DNA of 64,000 bases from Ramazzottius varieornatus (lineage: Eukaryota > Animalia > Tardigrada), in the NCBI GenBank assembly GCA_001949185.1, contig BDGG01000003.1:5329092-5393091 (forward strand), given 5' to 3'. How positions within the stretch are numbered: position 1 is the first letter of the stretch; every line of letters begins with the position of its first letter. This document shows, one piece after another, positions 1 through 13,059 of the stretch. A program made the position numbers and the translations under genes. A model generated the notes under the pieces. The model did no database searches, was not told the origin of the DNA, and was given only the letters and a program-made list of their open reading frames with translations.

Positions 1-392
1 GGATGAGTATTGGTTTACGCCGCCGAGAAGAGAAAAGATCACGAAGTACGAGGACATCGGAAGCCAATTTGAGTTCTTCCCTGTCGGACTGGAGACCCTT
101 GGACTTTGGGGTCCTTCCACGACAGCGCTGTTCGAAGCTGTAGGAAGAAAGATGGCGGAAGTAACGGGCGAGCCGAGGTCATTTCAGTTTTTTAAGCAGC
201 CAGAGTATCCATTGATATTCAACGTGGTAATTGCTATTCTGTTCTGACTACTGTTAAAGATACGAAGGGTCTTGATGAAGTGTTTTATATTCTAGATGTC
301 AAAAAGGGAAAATCCGTGTAGCGTTTTTGTTAATTTTGTATCGCTGCTTCCTCATTTTTTAAGTATAGATTATTGTCTTCAAATAAAGATAT
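1..392 (+). mobile_element. 3' end of a CRE-like non-LTR retrotransposon (restriction-like endonuclease C-terminus plus 3' UTR)
   Basis: Translates ...FFPVGLETLGLWGP...GEPRSFQFFKQ/SIDIQRGNCYSVL...* (one frameshift). This is the ET.G.WG...QR.S..IQRGN motif of CRE-clade elements, followed by AATAAA. Homologous to 12089-12394. Confidence 0.75.
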
Positions 393-1030
393 TTCACGCT
401 GGCGAAAACAGCTAGTTGGTTAACAAAGAATTGATTACTCTCAGGACCCTGCCGGCCGGACTATGGTACGATCGACAGGGTATGACGTAGCTCGTGCTGC
501 CTGCTGCGCAATCGGCAGCCACGGCGCGGGGAAACTAGGTAGGAAGGTAGATGATCGTACAATGGTACAATCGCCAGTGGGTGGGTAGGTTGGTCGATCA
601 CTATTTGTTGACCATTAATCTTCTGCAACCGAACTGCCTTTCTGCACGAGACTGCTGGCCATGCACTGCGCAGCACGATCAGCTGATCGACGTCCGGTTA
701 TGGCTTGACTCAATCAAGTAATCGAGTACGTGTCCGATCAGCTGATCGGTCTCATGCGAACAATATGGCGAGCAGCCCCGTGTACACGCGTACCGTCCGG
801 AACTGAAATCGGGCGTTTGAACTGTCACATCTCTCAGGCAGGACTGTACTGGCCATTCACGTTGATAGGTTGACCGCCCAATCGCAGCTAGTTTATTGAC
901 CCGTCCTTTCTGTCTATTGGTCAGTGGGCGTGGTAACCGGTCTGGGCGGAGTCCACAGTTTACTGGAGTTGATTATTTGACTGGAAGATGCTTTTTATTA
1001 CGTCAGATGTGACAGAACCTTGGTTCCCAT

Positions 1031-1187
1031 CCTTTGATCTTTCCGCCATAGGCTCAGGCTTGCCATAGTTTCCCCAATTTAGGGGCTTTAGACTGAGTGA
1101 ACAGCTTTCTACGATGACTCGAGCGGTCTATGATTCATTCTAAAGCTCCGCTGGAAGGCCAGCATTTTGGGCGGAGCTCTCGCGAAA
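1031..1187 (+). repeat. Dispersed repeat with an inverted second copy at 36051-36208
   Basis: ctttgatctttccgccataggctcaggcttgccatagttt...ctaaagctccgctggaaggccagc matches the reverse complement of 36051-36208 over ~155 bp. Confidence 0.85.
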
Positions 1188-1731
1188 GCTCGACCTACTG
1201 ACCTCTATATCTGTTTAGTTTTTCCTGTTTTTGATCAGGCTAACTAAAGTTCACTCAAATCTTTGGAAATGTAACGCATAACAAAATGTTCAATGTCGAT
1301 AGAAGTCATGCAGAATCAACAGGTTCAGATTCCATGTCAGCGCGTCCTGAAGACCGTGTCTGAGTTGAGAAGTTGAGTCCAATCGTGCCACAACTAAAAC
1401 GGAAACGTAAAGGCACTTCGCGACGTTCTGACACGAGGCCCGTGTGCGAAACGATCCGGCATGGTTAAGGGAAGGAAGTACCAAACAGAGAAACTGTACC
1501 GTAGGCATTACAGGCAATAATTCGAGCGCTACTTCTTCGAAGACGGAGTCCTGCACAACCACAGCGACCAACAGAAGTGACTCGCACGCCCCTCATTTGG
1601 TCGACATGCCCAGCGTTGATCATAGTACCAATTACGATCTGTATTCACACTGCGCTACGGGAAGTAATGAGGATCTTTCTAGCTGTGATTCGGACTCCAT
1701 TATTCCTGCTGGATCTTCGGCTTTGAAAAAT

Positions 1732-1870
1732 GCTAGCTGTGAGCAGTGTGATGCACGTGTTACGAAGACTACAGAGTCGACTGGATTGTGCTGTGGTAAC
1801 AAGACGAAAATCCCTCCGAACATATGAAAAATGCCAGCCCTGCCCGTTGAACTGAAGGGACTGTACAGGT
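1732..1870 (+). mobile_element. Helitron RepHel N-terminal Cys-motif remnant
   Basis: CEQCDARVTKTTESTGLCCGNKTKIPPNI*KMPALPVELKGLY fits the C..C.A....E...CC..GK..LP....P..L..L pattern of Helitron proteins. Contains an in-frame stop. Confidence 0.55.
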
Positions 1871-2160
1871 CATGCGGAACACTCATCCAAACCTCTTGTC
1901 AGTGTCAGCCCTTGGGACAAGTGGAGGTTTCGAGCAAAAAACCGGCCCAGTAATTTAGTGCTTAGAGAAAAAATATGTCACAGCATGCTACCCGGCAATC
2001 GTAAAGGCCCGGTAAGCTTCCGGGCGTTTACGATGGAGCTTAAATATGCGCAGTACCCGAACGAAGTGATCAGTGAGTTAAACATGGACCGAATTTTGTT
2101 AGTGAGTTACGAACCATTGTGTTCCGCTGTATCTGCTGCGAGAGTGAAACGATACTTTAA

Positions 2161-2348
2161 AGTGCCAATGATGCGGGACAGGTTTGGATCCGGGTGCGTG
2201 TATGAAGACCGCGCGGATGTTGGGTGAAATATCTGGTCAACGTGTGTATCGATCAGCTGATGACATGACACATAAGAGTCAAAACGGCGCGTACCGGGGG
2301 GATTCTTTACGCGGACCCGGACCAATCTTGTCCTACTTCATTGGCACT
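2161..2348. mobile_element. MITE with AGTGCCAATGA TIRs and TTAA-like flanks (same family as 40343-41010)
   Basis: ttaa|agtgccaatgatgcgggacaggtttggatccggg ... cccggaccaatcttgtcctacttcattggcact|ctaa. Confidence 0.8.
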
Positions 2349-2360
2349 CTAAAGTACTGA

Positions 2361-2621
2361 TATTACTTCCAGTGTATTCACTGCATTAAAAGTGCCGTCG
2401 GTACACATTTCCCCAGTCAATCAAGGATGTCCAAAATCAACGGCGGAACTCACGTTACAAAGTCGGCCCTAGCCAATCAAGGGCTAACTCACGATCAACA
2501 GGAAAAGTCCGCCCTGTCTTGTCTTTCTACGCTTGATTGTGGGATTCGACTTTTCCAGTGTATCAACGAGCCTGTTAGCCTGCACAGATGCTTGTACTGC
2601 AGTGAATACACTGAAGGTAAT
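2361..2621. mobile_element. MITE-like inverted-repeat element
   Basis: attacttccagtgtattcactgca ... tgcagtgaatacactgaaggtaat, ~24-bp imperfect TIR. Confidence 0.6.
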
Positions 2622-3709
2622 CATCGTTTCAATCTGATCCTGCTAGGATGATAGCTGATGAACCATCAGAATATGCGCGACTTGATCAAAATACACAAAG
2701 TTCTAACGAAATCGGCGCAGGTATTGTCACAGATACTGTACATCCGGAGAATTGAGGGACCTTGAAGATAGTGTTGCGTGTTAGAAGAACACAACCAAGC
2801 AACCAACATTCATAAAACCAACATCCGGTGTATTCATGCTGCTACATTGTGTTTTGTCTGTCCCGAAGGAAGCAATGGTTGGAGTACCGACCAGCTCAAT
2901 GTCTGCAGGTCCCTCTAATTCATAGCTACGACTAAGTATTTGATTTTTGTTTCATCTACAGTTTTACCTCCGAGATATGTCAATTGCTTTAAATTTGACC
3001 GTGATATGCGACTCACAGTGTGGGTGACCAAACACATGGCAGGCCACTAAAAGAACTGAATAAATGCAAGCGATTACTTGATTCGTGGTAACCGTGCTGA
3101 ATGGCTTGCCATATTTCGTTTGTTTTGGTCCACCGTGTAGCAAACAGATGGGTCATCGCAAAACAAAATCAAGCGTTTGAATTGACACATCTGGGAGGTA
3201 GAACTGTATCAAGCAAAAACTACCGATCCGAATTTCCCAACATTTTGCACAGAACTTCGGAAAATAATTTGTGGGTACTTGAAGCAGTTTGTATTGCCTT
3301 ACAATTCGAGATAAGTTTTGTCTAAATTTTTCTGGTCCAATTTTTTGAGATATGAGAGCTATTCGAACATAATTATTCTTAGCCAGTTGCTCAGGGTCGA
3401 AAGGTATTATGTGGACATTACCTTTCGGAGGTTGTGTGAGTGGCCACATCTCACGGAAAAAAGGCAACTACTTGGTCGTTATCATGATTGAGATTCTGGA
3501 ACCCGTAACTAAGCTCAGCAGAAAAGCCGCTTCTGTGATTTTGCTTTGGTTTTGCTAATATTATCACTCAGCTGTTCATTGGGTCGCCGACTTTGATCGG
3601 GTACTAACAGTTACCGTTAGTAACTAGTCGATCTAGTCAACTTTTTCCATCGTTCATCCGAAACTACCATGAGTTCTGTAACCTTTCAAGGTTTCAGCAA
3701 TATAGAAGG

Positions 3710-3929
3710 CTCGACGAAGCTAAAAAAAGCGGCTTTAGCCGTTCTTAGCCGTGGCTAAAAATATTTTAGCCTTGGCTAAAGCAGCTAAAATAGTTTGGCC
3801 ACGGCTAAAATTTATTGTGCGTTCGATTGATGTTGAGTCGGATAAAATAGTTTTGGCATCAATAAACCATTAAAATACTTTTAGCCACGGCTAAGAAAGG
3901 CTAAAACGGCTTATTTTAGCTTCGCCGAG
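3710..3929. mobile_element. MITE with ~50-bp TIRs built from TTAGCC/GGCTAA motifs
   Basis: ctcgacgaagctaaaaaaagcggctttagccgttcttagccgtggctaaaa ... ttttagccacggctaagaaaggctaaaacggcttattttagcttcgccgag. The same terminus recurs at 5595. Confidence 0.85.
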
Positions 3930-3979
3930 AAGATTCAGCAAGTGCTTTTGTAAACTAAGGTTTTCAAAATCAATAAGTT

Positions 3980-4002
3980 TTTGTTTGTTTGTTTGTTTGT
4001 TT
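3980..4002. repeat. (TTTG)n microsatellite
   Basis: About five TTTG units. Confidence 0.9.
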
Positions 4003-5592
4003 TATCTAGTGTTGAAAGTGCAACTCTGCTGGTGAAAATTTTTCAGTGGCTTGTTGGTCTGTAAGCTATGGACAGCTACGGTAGTCTTGTGGACACAACT
4101 GCCAATCAAAAATCTTGCACCGGAAGGGATGCACTTTCAACACCGTAAGAGTTCTGCAAGGAGACGATGAGAAGGAAAAGATATTTAATAACTTGACCAC
4201 ATCCTACTGTACAGTGCACAAAATGCCTCACTACGGTGCGAGTTGACCAATGACCATAGTGTAAGATGTGCATAGAGGAATAATAACGAAAACGCCGAAC
4301 AACGGTCTGAACGCTGATTGGAGTAGCAGCAGAAGAAGCCCGACACGCCCATGGGATTAGATGCCGTCACGCTTTACTAAAAACATTGTATATCAGATAA
4401 CAAAACGCAGAACACAAACCGCTTTTCAACCTGAGTGCTACGCTTGGAGTAGAAATACAACCCACATTTGAAGAAAAACTGAGCAAGACCAAAGATCACG
4501 TTTGAAATATCACAAGAAGTCTACAGAGCCGAAATTCCTCTTTTTCCAAATCTTGAGGATATTTTCCGAAGCGATCGCGGTAAAAGTCGTGAGAGGGTGT
4601 CCTTAAATAGTGTCAGTGAACTTTGACCGGAAGATGTTCTCGAGATCCCGAATGAATAAAAGGAAGGACGGCGTCCCATAAAGCAGCCCACCATGGTCTA
4701 GACGCTCAACCCACTTTGTGATTGTTTCAAGCAGAACTAAACGTCCTAGGTAGTTCCATCCTTTCTACGGTTTTGAGAGTGGGTTCCAAGATGAGCTGGA
4801 AAAAACGATTAATGAAGTTGTAAAAAAAAATGAGACATGACATACTTTCTTCGTCGCGGACTCCATCAGACCTGGAAAATAATCTTATTGGTCAAAGGAT
4901 ATTTATTTTCACCAATCAAAACACTGCCAAAACCATAAAGCTCCGGCCCACCGTTTTGTGGTGCGTGAGAGCTCAGGCTTTATAGCGTCAGTGTGACAAG
5001 CACATGCTCACACTGTACATGCACAGACAAAAGCTGAAAGTACGTACGTGCTTGTCGCGCTCGTGCCGAAATCGCCTAGATGCCATGCACCACGATACAT
5101 GCGCCATTCGGCGACGCGACATGCATACATACAGGTAAGCGGGATATGACTCGGCTTAGATGGCCACTAAACTGCAACGGAAACACCCACAGAGCGGAGC
5201 AGAGCAAATGGAAGACTCTAGGGAAGAGTCAGCAGCAGAACAGATGGCGACAGAAGAGGCCAGACGGACGACAGGAGGATGAAGGTGATGATGGGACACG
5301 TCGAGGCTTGTTCAACGAGCCTGCAAGAAACATACGGTTAGCTAGCATATAGTCCACTCTCCACCGTCCAAGGCTCGAACCAAGCACTTACTCAGTAAAC
5401 AGAGACAGAGGGATATAGGGGGGATACAGGGGACGAAGATAGCAACGGATATTGCTGTTGATTGACAGAACATTTTACACTATGGTCAACTTACACTGCT
5501 ACTCATGAGCAAGTGGTCTTACAGTGTGGATCAGTGGTAATCGACGCCGCGTGCTTACGAGTGGGGACGCATTGCGTATATAAATAGTAGTG

Positions 5593-7297
5593 GGCTCGGT
5601 GAAGCTAAAATAAGCCGCTTTAGCCGTTCTTAGCCGCGGCTAAAGCAGCCAAAATAAGTTTTGCTGCGGCTAAAGGCGTGGTATTTGAAGAGTTTGAGAT
5701 GTTGAGTAATGCTGACCAGTGGTTTTTGTGCTCTTGTTCGAGTTTTGACTCTGAAGATAGCTTTGATTCTCTTACAGTATCATGCGCCAGTGCATATCTA
5801 CGTTAGTAATGACCTTGATTACCGGTATCCAGAGTTCAGGTACGGTGTTGGAATAAAGGCCCGAACTGTACCCCGCGTGTAATTCTTTCGAAGGCAACCC
5901 AAGACTCGTCGAAGCTCGTGGTGCATTTTTGCGAGGAGCTATGACGGTCGTCCGCGCAAAATTTCCAGCTAGTTACGCGGACGACTGTCATAGCTCCTCT
6001 AAAAATTATCAGCTCAAAAATTCCAGTTGTGGACGCTCTCGTACAGTTGTACTAGAGGTAGACGCTTTTTTTCCATCTTTATATAAGCGCTGGAGTTTTA
6101 GCTTTCCCGCGTTTGTCCTTCAACCAGTCATTTAGCACAGAAACATTTTAACCATATCGATTACAGTATGGTACGGAACACGAGTATATACTAATATAAA
6201 TGGACAATCGAAATCTCTCAATTACCGGTACGATTACACCCGTTTGAGCCAACAGTCAGCGTTCCACAATATTTCAAACCCGTCATAATAGCTTTACTCG
6301 TGTATCCCAGCAAAATAGCTCAGCCTTAGACACAAGTTGAAAAATGTGGCAAGAGAGCCAGAGGAAAAGTACCAAAGTATAAAGCACGACAACTACTTCA
6401 AACAATCATCAATGTTCTTCACACACCAAGAGAAGTTTCGCAAATCAAGACGGTCGAGGAAAGACTTGAATGCAGGCAGACTTCTGCAGCTCGCAGACGG
6501 TGGACAGAAGTATTTGTCGTTGACGTGGTGGCAGCGGCTAGCAGAAGTTGACCATCAGGGAAACCGTTCGTCCAAATCTTGAAGGCATTCACCATCACCG
6601 CCGTTGCTCTTCTCTCCCACAGGTACTACCACTTAACTTCGGCCAGATGTTGAAGAAAAATAAATCCTGAAGATCACGCTTTTAGCCGCGGCTAAAACTA
6701 TTTTGGGGAAGGCTCCGCACACCATCTTTCACCACCGTAGTCTCCTAATACCACCTTTTATTTCCAAATCATCACCCCCGTTTGCTCCATACACCACTTT
6801 CGAACTAAGGGCCACCACCAAGGACTTCGAGCACCACTTTATGCCAGATTGGTTTTCCTTACTTAATCTCAGAGAAGAAAGTTAGATCACGCTTCTATCC
6901 TGATTGCAGGTGTCAAGAAGTGTTTATCAACGGCAGGATCTTTAGGATCGTGAGTCCCTCCTGTTCTCCGAACTTGCCAGAACACCGCTAACTCTTTGGT
7001 CATAGTGACCGGGCTTCGATATCCTACTCCGGTACCAGGTCTCCCCCGACGGCGTGACGGTTTCTCGATCTTCTCACTATTAAAACAGTCTAAGGCCCAC
7101 TTCCGCAGTTCTTCGCTTGAGAAAGACGCTATCTCCGGACAAGAATGGTGCACAGAGATTTTAATTTCTAACTAATTAACGGCAGTGGACGAAAGGTGGT
7201 ATTAGCTATTAGGAGACTACGGTGGTGAGAGGTGGTGTGCGGAGACAATGGTGGTTTTCGGTGATGTGCGGAGCACTTTCTAAACATTTTAGCTTCC
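5593..7297 (+). mobile_element. Longer derivative of the 3710 family, possibly with a hAT transposase remnant and a nested TIR element
   Basis: Left end matches the 3710 TIR. Right-end pieces lie at 6680-6700 (tttagccgcggctaaaa) and ~7287 (attttagcttc). Internal LTWWQRL...ITAVALLS resembles the hAT dimerization domain. Confidence 0.45.
6713..7244. mobile_element. Nested TIR element (~530 bp)
   Basis: ctccgcacaccatctttcaccaccgtagtctcctaata ... tattaggagactacggtggtgagaggtggtgtgcggag. Confidence 0.75.
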
Positions 7298-7881
7298 GAC
7301 AATAATCAACAAAACTTTCTGGTGTGCATGTTGACGAAGTTTTTTCTGCAAAGCTCCGAAAAATTTTCACATGGGCTCGTTCGAAAGCCCAATGTTGGTT
7401 CTACGTCACAATGATAAAGGCGTTGGGCTATCAGCTGTCTGGTTTCCTCAGCACGGAGCCGAAAACAACGGTGTTTTGAGGGTTCGTACGGCTGAGCACA
7501 GCCAGTTGATTTGTCTCACAAAAGTCACGTGATGATGGAGACTAATGTGCGTTCTTTGTAAAGACGTTGTAAATATCAAAATCGGATAAGTGTGAAGGAA
7601 GTTGTGAATTCTTGAATGAATGTGGGGTGGACAGATACTTATGAGAGACAATGTACCTTCCTGATCTGTTCTAAGCGAGAAGAAGTCAAATTTTTCGCAC
7701 TCTAGAAGATTGAAATCAATTTGACAAAACTGCCCCCCCCCCGCAATTTTCAGAATTTAAGCAAAACATATTGAAGATCTACAGTCTTTAAGACTTCGAC
7801 AAAATTTGCGGATCCACATTTTTATCTCAAAAAAAATGCGGATCTGCAGTGTTTGCAGCCCCCTCCGGCCAACCTCAATAC

Positions 7882-8024
7882 CAGGGCCGGTGCGGCCTGT
7901 GTTTAATGTATCAAGCTTGGCCCATGACGTCATTTGCTACTGTCGCTTTTGGACTGTAAATAGCCTAAGCCAGTGACGCCGCGATATTGCTTTTATACAT
8001 TCAACACAGGCCGCGCCGGCCCTG
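7882..8024. mobile_element. hAT-type MITE
   Basis: TIR cagggccggtgcggcctgtgtttaatgtat / atacattcaacacaggccgcgccggccctg. 8-bp TSD ctcaatac / ctcagtac (1 mismatch). Confidence 0.85.
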
Positions 8025-11000
8025 CTCAGTACGTTATAGCCGGTTTTTTTGGCTGACTTTTGGACTGGCTGTTCAGAACGTGACGTATCAGCACGCCTGA
8101 CGCCTGTGTAGGGTAACGTACAAGGGCTCGTATGCGATCGTTTGATCGCTCTGACTCATACATGCTCGCAGTCTTTGGACTGGTGCCCGAAAGAGCTCCC
8201 CATACTACCGCAAACTGCACACAGCAGTCTGGCAGCTCTTCCGGGATCTACTCTTAGTGCAACTTGCCTAAATTGTTGGCAACGTTGTCTGTGCGATGTG
8301 CTTGCTGGCAGATGAACGTACGCCGTCGTACAGCACTCGTATGATACGGACCATGTACATGCAATCGCGGCGGGCACGGCGGCGTTTTGAATTGTTAAAA
8401 GTGGCTATACGGTACGTTCTTGCTTGACCGTGTGTGATACTTGGTGATCACGTTCGATTGAGAGTCGTTGATAAGCCTGTTTACACGTTCTCACTACCCG
8501 GGCTTGGTTTACGCGTGCGACTTCCTGCAATGCCGTACATAACGGGGATCAAAAATCCTGACAGCTGATCTTGCCCGGTCGCAAGATGATCAAGAGCTGA
8601 TATTGACTTTGTGATGCTGCCAGTTTGACCCGCCTCGCGATCTACGACTTATTGCCCTCAAAAAATCCCCGAAAGATGTCGAATGAAGTGGCCAGGATAG
8701 CCAAAAGTATCACCCATCGGCAGATGAAACAGAGCTTAGTATCTCGCGGATGACATTCTGGGATTGATGACACCGTTTCGACAACGAAAACTGTGCACAA
8801 GATACGAGTACCCCTTGATCTCTTGTCACTCTGGCGAGTGACGGTCGGTCGATGCGTACCTTTGCCGTCCGTGGTATAATACGAAATCAGGCACAGTACT
8901 TCGCCCGGACTTTGAACCAGTTTTCTAGCAAACCCCCGTCAACTCCCAGGTAACGTGTTAATCCAACTCAGCCCGCTCGTTCCGCATGGAACCTCTGTCC
9001 CAAGTTCCGTACGTAATGCTGATAATCGTCCGAGTGAAGGCCATCTTCTGGTTTCAGCATCATAAAGACAATTAGGGCAGGCAACTCACCTTCCTCACGC
9101 TCACTAATTATAAGTTATACGTGGCGAGATTGTAGTTCAACCTTTTCTTCTCGTTTTTGTTCCGCTGCCTGAAGAATCAAATTTCTTTATTAAAGTGAAG
9201 CTATCGGCTATAAGACAGCTGCTCTGTACGACTATCTCGAATTTTTTTCCGTTCTCTATGGTATCTTCGTCTTACAGTATACATAGGCCGCAGATATATT
9301 TTAGCCAGGTCTTGGGTTGGTCCAGAGTCTTCCAAAAGATTGTGCGAGGAGCTGGACCTAATTTTGAACCTAAAACTGGGCCTAAAACTTTGTACACTAC
9401 TTGTCGTATGAATTTTACGCTTGTGACGTAGGTGCGACAAAGTGGACAAAGTTAGGTCCAGCTCCTCGTACTCGTATTCCAACTTCAAACATCCTTGCAT
9501 CTTTCGGAAGTTTCAAATATATAAAACGGTCGGCCGATTAGCCAAGAAAGGTTCATGAGGATTAGCTGTTTTTCCTCGGTAGGCTGCGGACTCTGCACCA
9601 TATTCTGTGAATTTCAGGCAGTGGACAAGAAGGTGATTTGTTGAACTCGGTACCGCCCCTCACTACTCACCAGTTGAAAACTGGCAAAAGTGTCTTTCCC
9701 AGCTCATATTCCGAAAGCAAGAAACCCACTGACTGATGTTTTTCAAAACGGTCCCGAATTTGTGATAATTCTACAGTGGCGAACTCGTACGGATGATCCC
9801 CGCACTCGATCACAACGTGAGTGGTGGTAGTAAAGTTTGGTCTCAAAGGCTTGCTGCTGCAATATATTAATATTGCTTTGATGAGTTTGAACCTGTAGAT
9901 CGTTCCAGGTATTGCGATCCGGATATAATTGGTGCACCATGGTGCTGTATTTAGTTTCAGTCTCGCAATTAGTTTCAGTTTTCATCGGACTATAATCAAT
10001 CTGGACTCACGGTATATCAGCCTCGGTGGACTTAGCTGCGTTGAAAAAACAACAAGAACGATATTTTTCAGTCTTATAAGATATCATTTTCAGTCTGGAC
10101 AAACACAACTCAGTGTCTAAAATTTGAGTTCCAGTCCCGAGACAGAAACTAGATCTTGAACCATATTAGTGTCAGTCCCCGAAATTTAGTCTTTAGATCA
10201 GTCTCTGGAAACTTCGTTCTCCCATATGGCAAACGTGGGGAAACCTTCTGGATGACTATGGGGGAAGACAAGGTAGGAATGTGGGTACCTGCATACGAGA
10301 ATGCGTCCGAAGGCTGTTTGACCAAATTGTCCAGGAAGCCCGTCTGAAATTTCAGCACCCTGACGGAGTTTCCAAACGTTTCCCAGTATACCCTGAAGAA
10401 CACGATTCTAAAGACCGAGTCAGTTGATATTTCCGCGAACTCCTCCCTCGTACATTTTTTACTCCTACTACTATCAACATCGAAACATGATCTACTTCGC
10501 TGTACCTCATCCTTCCACTTCTTCCCCCCCCCATGTTTTCATAAGAAAGGAGATGTAAATCATGTGAAGTCACTGCGGCACCGTTCCGTCAAACGGTACT
10601 TAATATCGTTCCAGTCTTTGTCCTCGTCTAAACCAGTTCTCGTCCCAGGCATTTTGATTTCAGGCGATCCTAGCCTTTTTATTTCAGTCCGTGGGTCGTC
10701 AGTTTCGGTCCCTCAGTTTTAGTTGCAGTTTCTCGTATATTCGTTTTAGTCCCACAAATGTCCAGTTTCAGTCCCTGTGCTGTCAGTTTAGCCTCTGCCA
10801 TTTCAGTTTCAGTCCGACTAACTGAAGCGCTGATTTAGTTTAATAATGACTTGAGGTGAAAAGAGTGAAAAGAGAAAACAATTTATAAATTTCCACCGTT
10901 TTTCACCGTTTCATTGTTCACCGCGGGGAAAAACGGTAAAAATAACAGAAAATGGTACAAAATTTTCAAGACGTCAAACTAGAGTTCTTGGAGCGTCCTG

Positions 11001-11299
11001 GGTTACTTTGAACGAGGCTCTGTCGGATCATTTCGGAACCAGACGACTAGCTAGTGTCCAGACCACGAATTGGCTATAACTAGAACTGACCTTCACGGTC
11101 ACTACCAACTTGGTTATCATCGAAATCTAAACGGAAGTTATAAGATGCACTGAGTACAATTTAGTTTGAAGTTGCTCCTGCCATATTAAAATCTTTTTCT
11201 TCTGACGCCTACAATCTTTTGACTGTCGTATTCCAAGATGAGTAATAAAAAACAATCCACAAATGATGAAACTGTGCCGTATGGCGTGTGGCGTGTGGC

Positions 11300-11465
11300 G
11301 TGTGGCGGAACATGGTAAATTGGCTCCCGTGACAAGCTTTGGGATGTCCACGTATCCCAGCTGGACCTCTCTTGAGAGAGTCTTAGCGGTCACATTAAGC
11401 ACAATACGACAGTCAGAGCAACACGATCCAAGCTTTGCGAGTATTTTGGATTTTTAAAGGTCCGC
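11300..11465 (+). mobile_element. PIF1-like helicase remnant (probably Helitron)
   Basis: AEHGKLAPV...W....LSTIRQSEQHDPSFASILDF*R resembles PIF1 motifs III-IV (GD..QL.PV...W...L....RQ..D..F..IL..LR). Confidence 0.45.
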
Positions 11466-11557
11466 CACGAACTGGACACGCTCTTCATTGCCAGACATTT
11501 TCCGTGTCTAGTTAGAATTATGAAATACCACCAGTTACGGTAAAAGATATATTTCAG

Positions 11558-12848
11558 CAGTGCCGGCCGTGCCATCAGACTTCTCGGTGTGACCTTAACC
11601 CTAATGTGTTTGTTTTCGTCACAAATGAAAATTTTGGGGGAACCGGAAGGGGAGTTACTGTTTTCACTCCCGGAAGCGGGAGAAACGTACAATTCTAATC
11701 GTAGGAATTAAGGCTCAAAACTAAAACCAAACCATGCAAGTGAGAACATAGGATACTGTAGACATTAAGTTCCAACCTCCAGGTTTGAAATCTTCTGTTG
11801 GGTATATCCGTCAACTGCACTCCATATCTGTATTGTTTTGTGTCAATATCTTTATGCGGTACACTTAGCTCATCTCTTGAAAGCATGATGTGGCCATAAT
11901 CTCGCCTAGAACAAACAGCTTCGTTTAAATCTACAGCTAACCTAAGTCATATGTCAAATGGTGGTCCTGGTTTACAAGCCAAGCGCGGATTAACGGGAAG
12001 AAATATTAACAACACATTCTTCTTTGTCACTTTTGAGACTGCTGGGTATCTGGTGGATGCTGGCCACAAATCAGTCAAATAAGATGTGCATGATGATGTC
12101 TTTATCTGAAGACAATAGTCTTATCTCAAAAAGCGAGAAGGCAGCGACGCAAAACAACAAACAAGGGTTACACGGCTTCCCTCTTTTCAACATCTAAAAC
12201 ATAAAAAACCTTGTCTAGACCTCGTGTATCTTTCATAGTACTGAGAACCGAATAAAAATTGCCGCGAAGGATATCTATCGACAGCCGCTGCTTAGAAAAC
12301 TGAAAAGATCTAGATTCTCCAGTTGTTTCTGCCATCTTTCTTCCGACCGCCTCAAACAGCACCGTTGCACAGGGTCCCCATGGTCCGAGGGTCTGACTTG
12401 TTACAATCTTAAAGGCAAGTATAATTAGTTCCGGTTGACCTTGATTTATTACCATGATTAGAATAATATTCAGTAACATAAATCAACATTATTTATCATA
12501 CAGTATACTCTGTGGCGATCTCCGTGCGTCATTCAACTCATTTTCCCATCTCTGGGTAAGAGTGAGCGTGCGACTCGTTACATTAGCTACGCTCATTGAC
12601 GACATAATGCAACCAGCAGTCAGCTGATTCAGGCCGTGTAGACCGTTTCCTCAGCTGTCTCGTGACTCCCGTTTCCGCCTACTCCTTGTTCTCCCTTTTT
12701 GGTATTTCTAGACATGTTTTACTTTTCCCCGCTTCCGGGTGTGAGAACAGCAACTGCCCTTCCGGTTCCCCCAAAATTTTCATTTGTGACGTAAAAAAAC
12801 ATTAGGGTCAAGGGCACACAGAGAAGTCAGATAGCGCGGCCGGCACTG
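11558..12848. mobile_element. Non-autonomous hAT element with ~130-bp TIRs
   Basis: Ends cagtgccggccg.../...cggccggcactg. TIR includes gtcacaaatgaaaattttggggga accggaagg. Perfect 8-bp TSD tatttcag at 11550-11557 and 12849-12856. Confidence 0.92.
12089..12394 (-). mobile_element. 5'-truncated CRE-like retrotransposon copy nested in the hAT element
   Basis: TLGPWGPCATVLFEAVGRKMAETTGESRSFQFSKQRLSIDILRGN...*. The 3' UTR is homologous to 322-392 and ends gataaagacatcatcat. Confidence 0.8.
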
Positions 12849-13059
12849 TATTTCAGTATTGTACTGTACATTCCCATTTCAGTGTGATGCCCGCTATTTA
12901 TTCACCACAGAGTCTGCCGAGCGAGGAGCCAAAATTACATAACACATGTAAATTTACCATTGGCGTACTTTACTCTAAACGAACACGGACGCAAGTGTCG
13001 GCATTGAGAAGGCGTCCACTGGTAAATTAAAACTGTTACCGGTCGCAAGGTTTGCTGAC

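Noticed and set aside
676-750. Repeated palindrome gatcagctgatc
   Set aside because: Short, with no clear TIR or TSD boundaries. The cagctgat core is scattered through the window.
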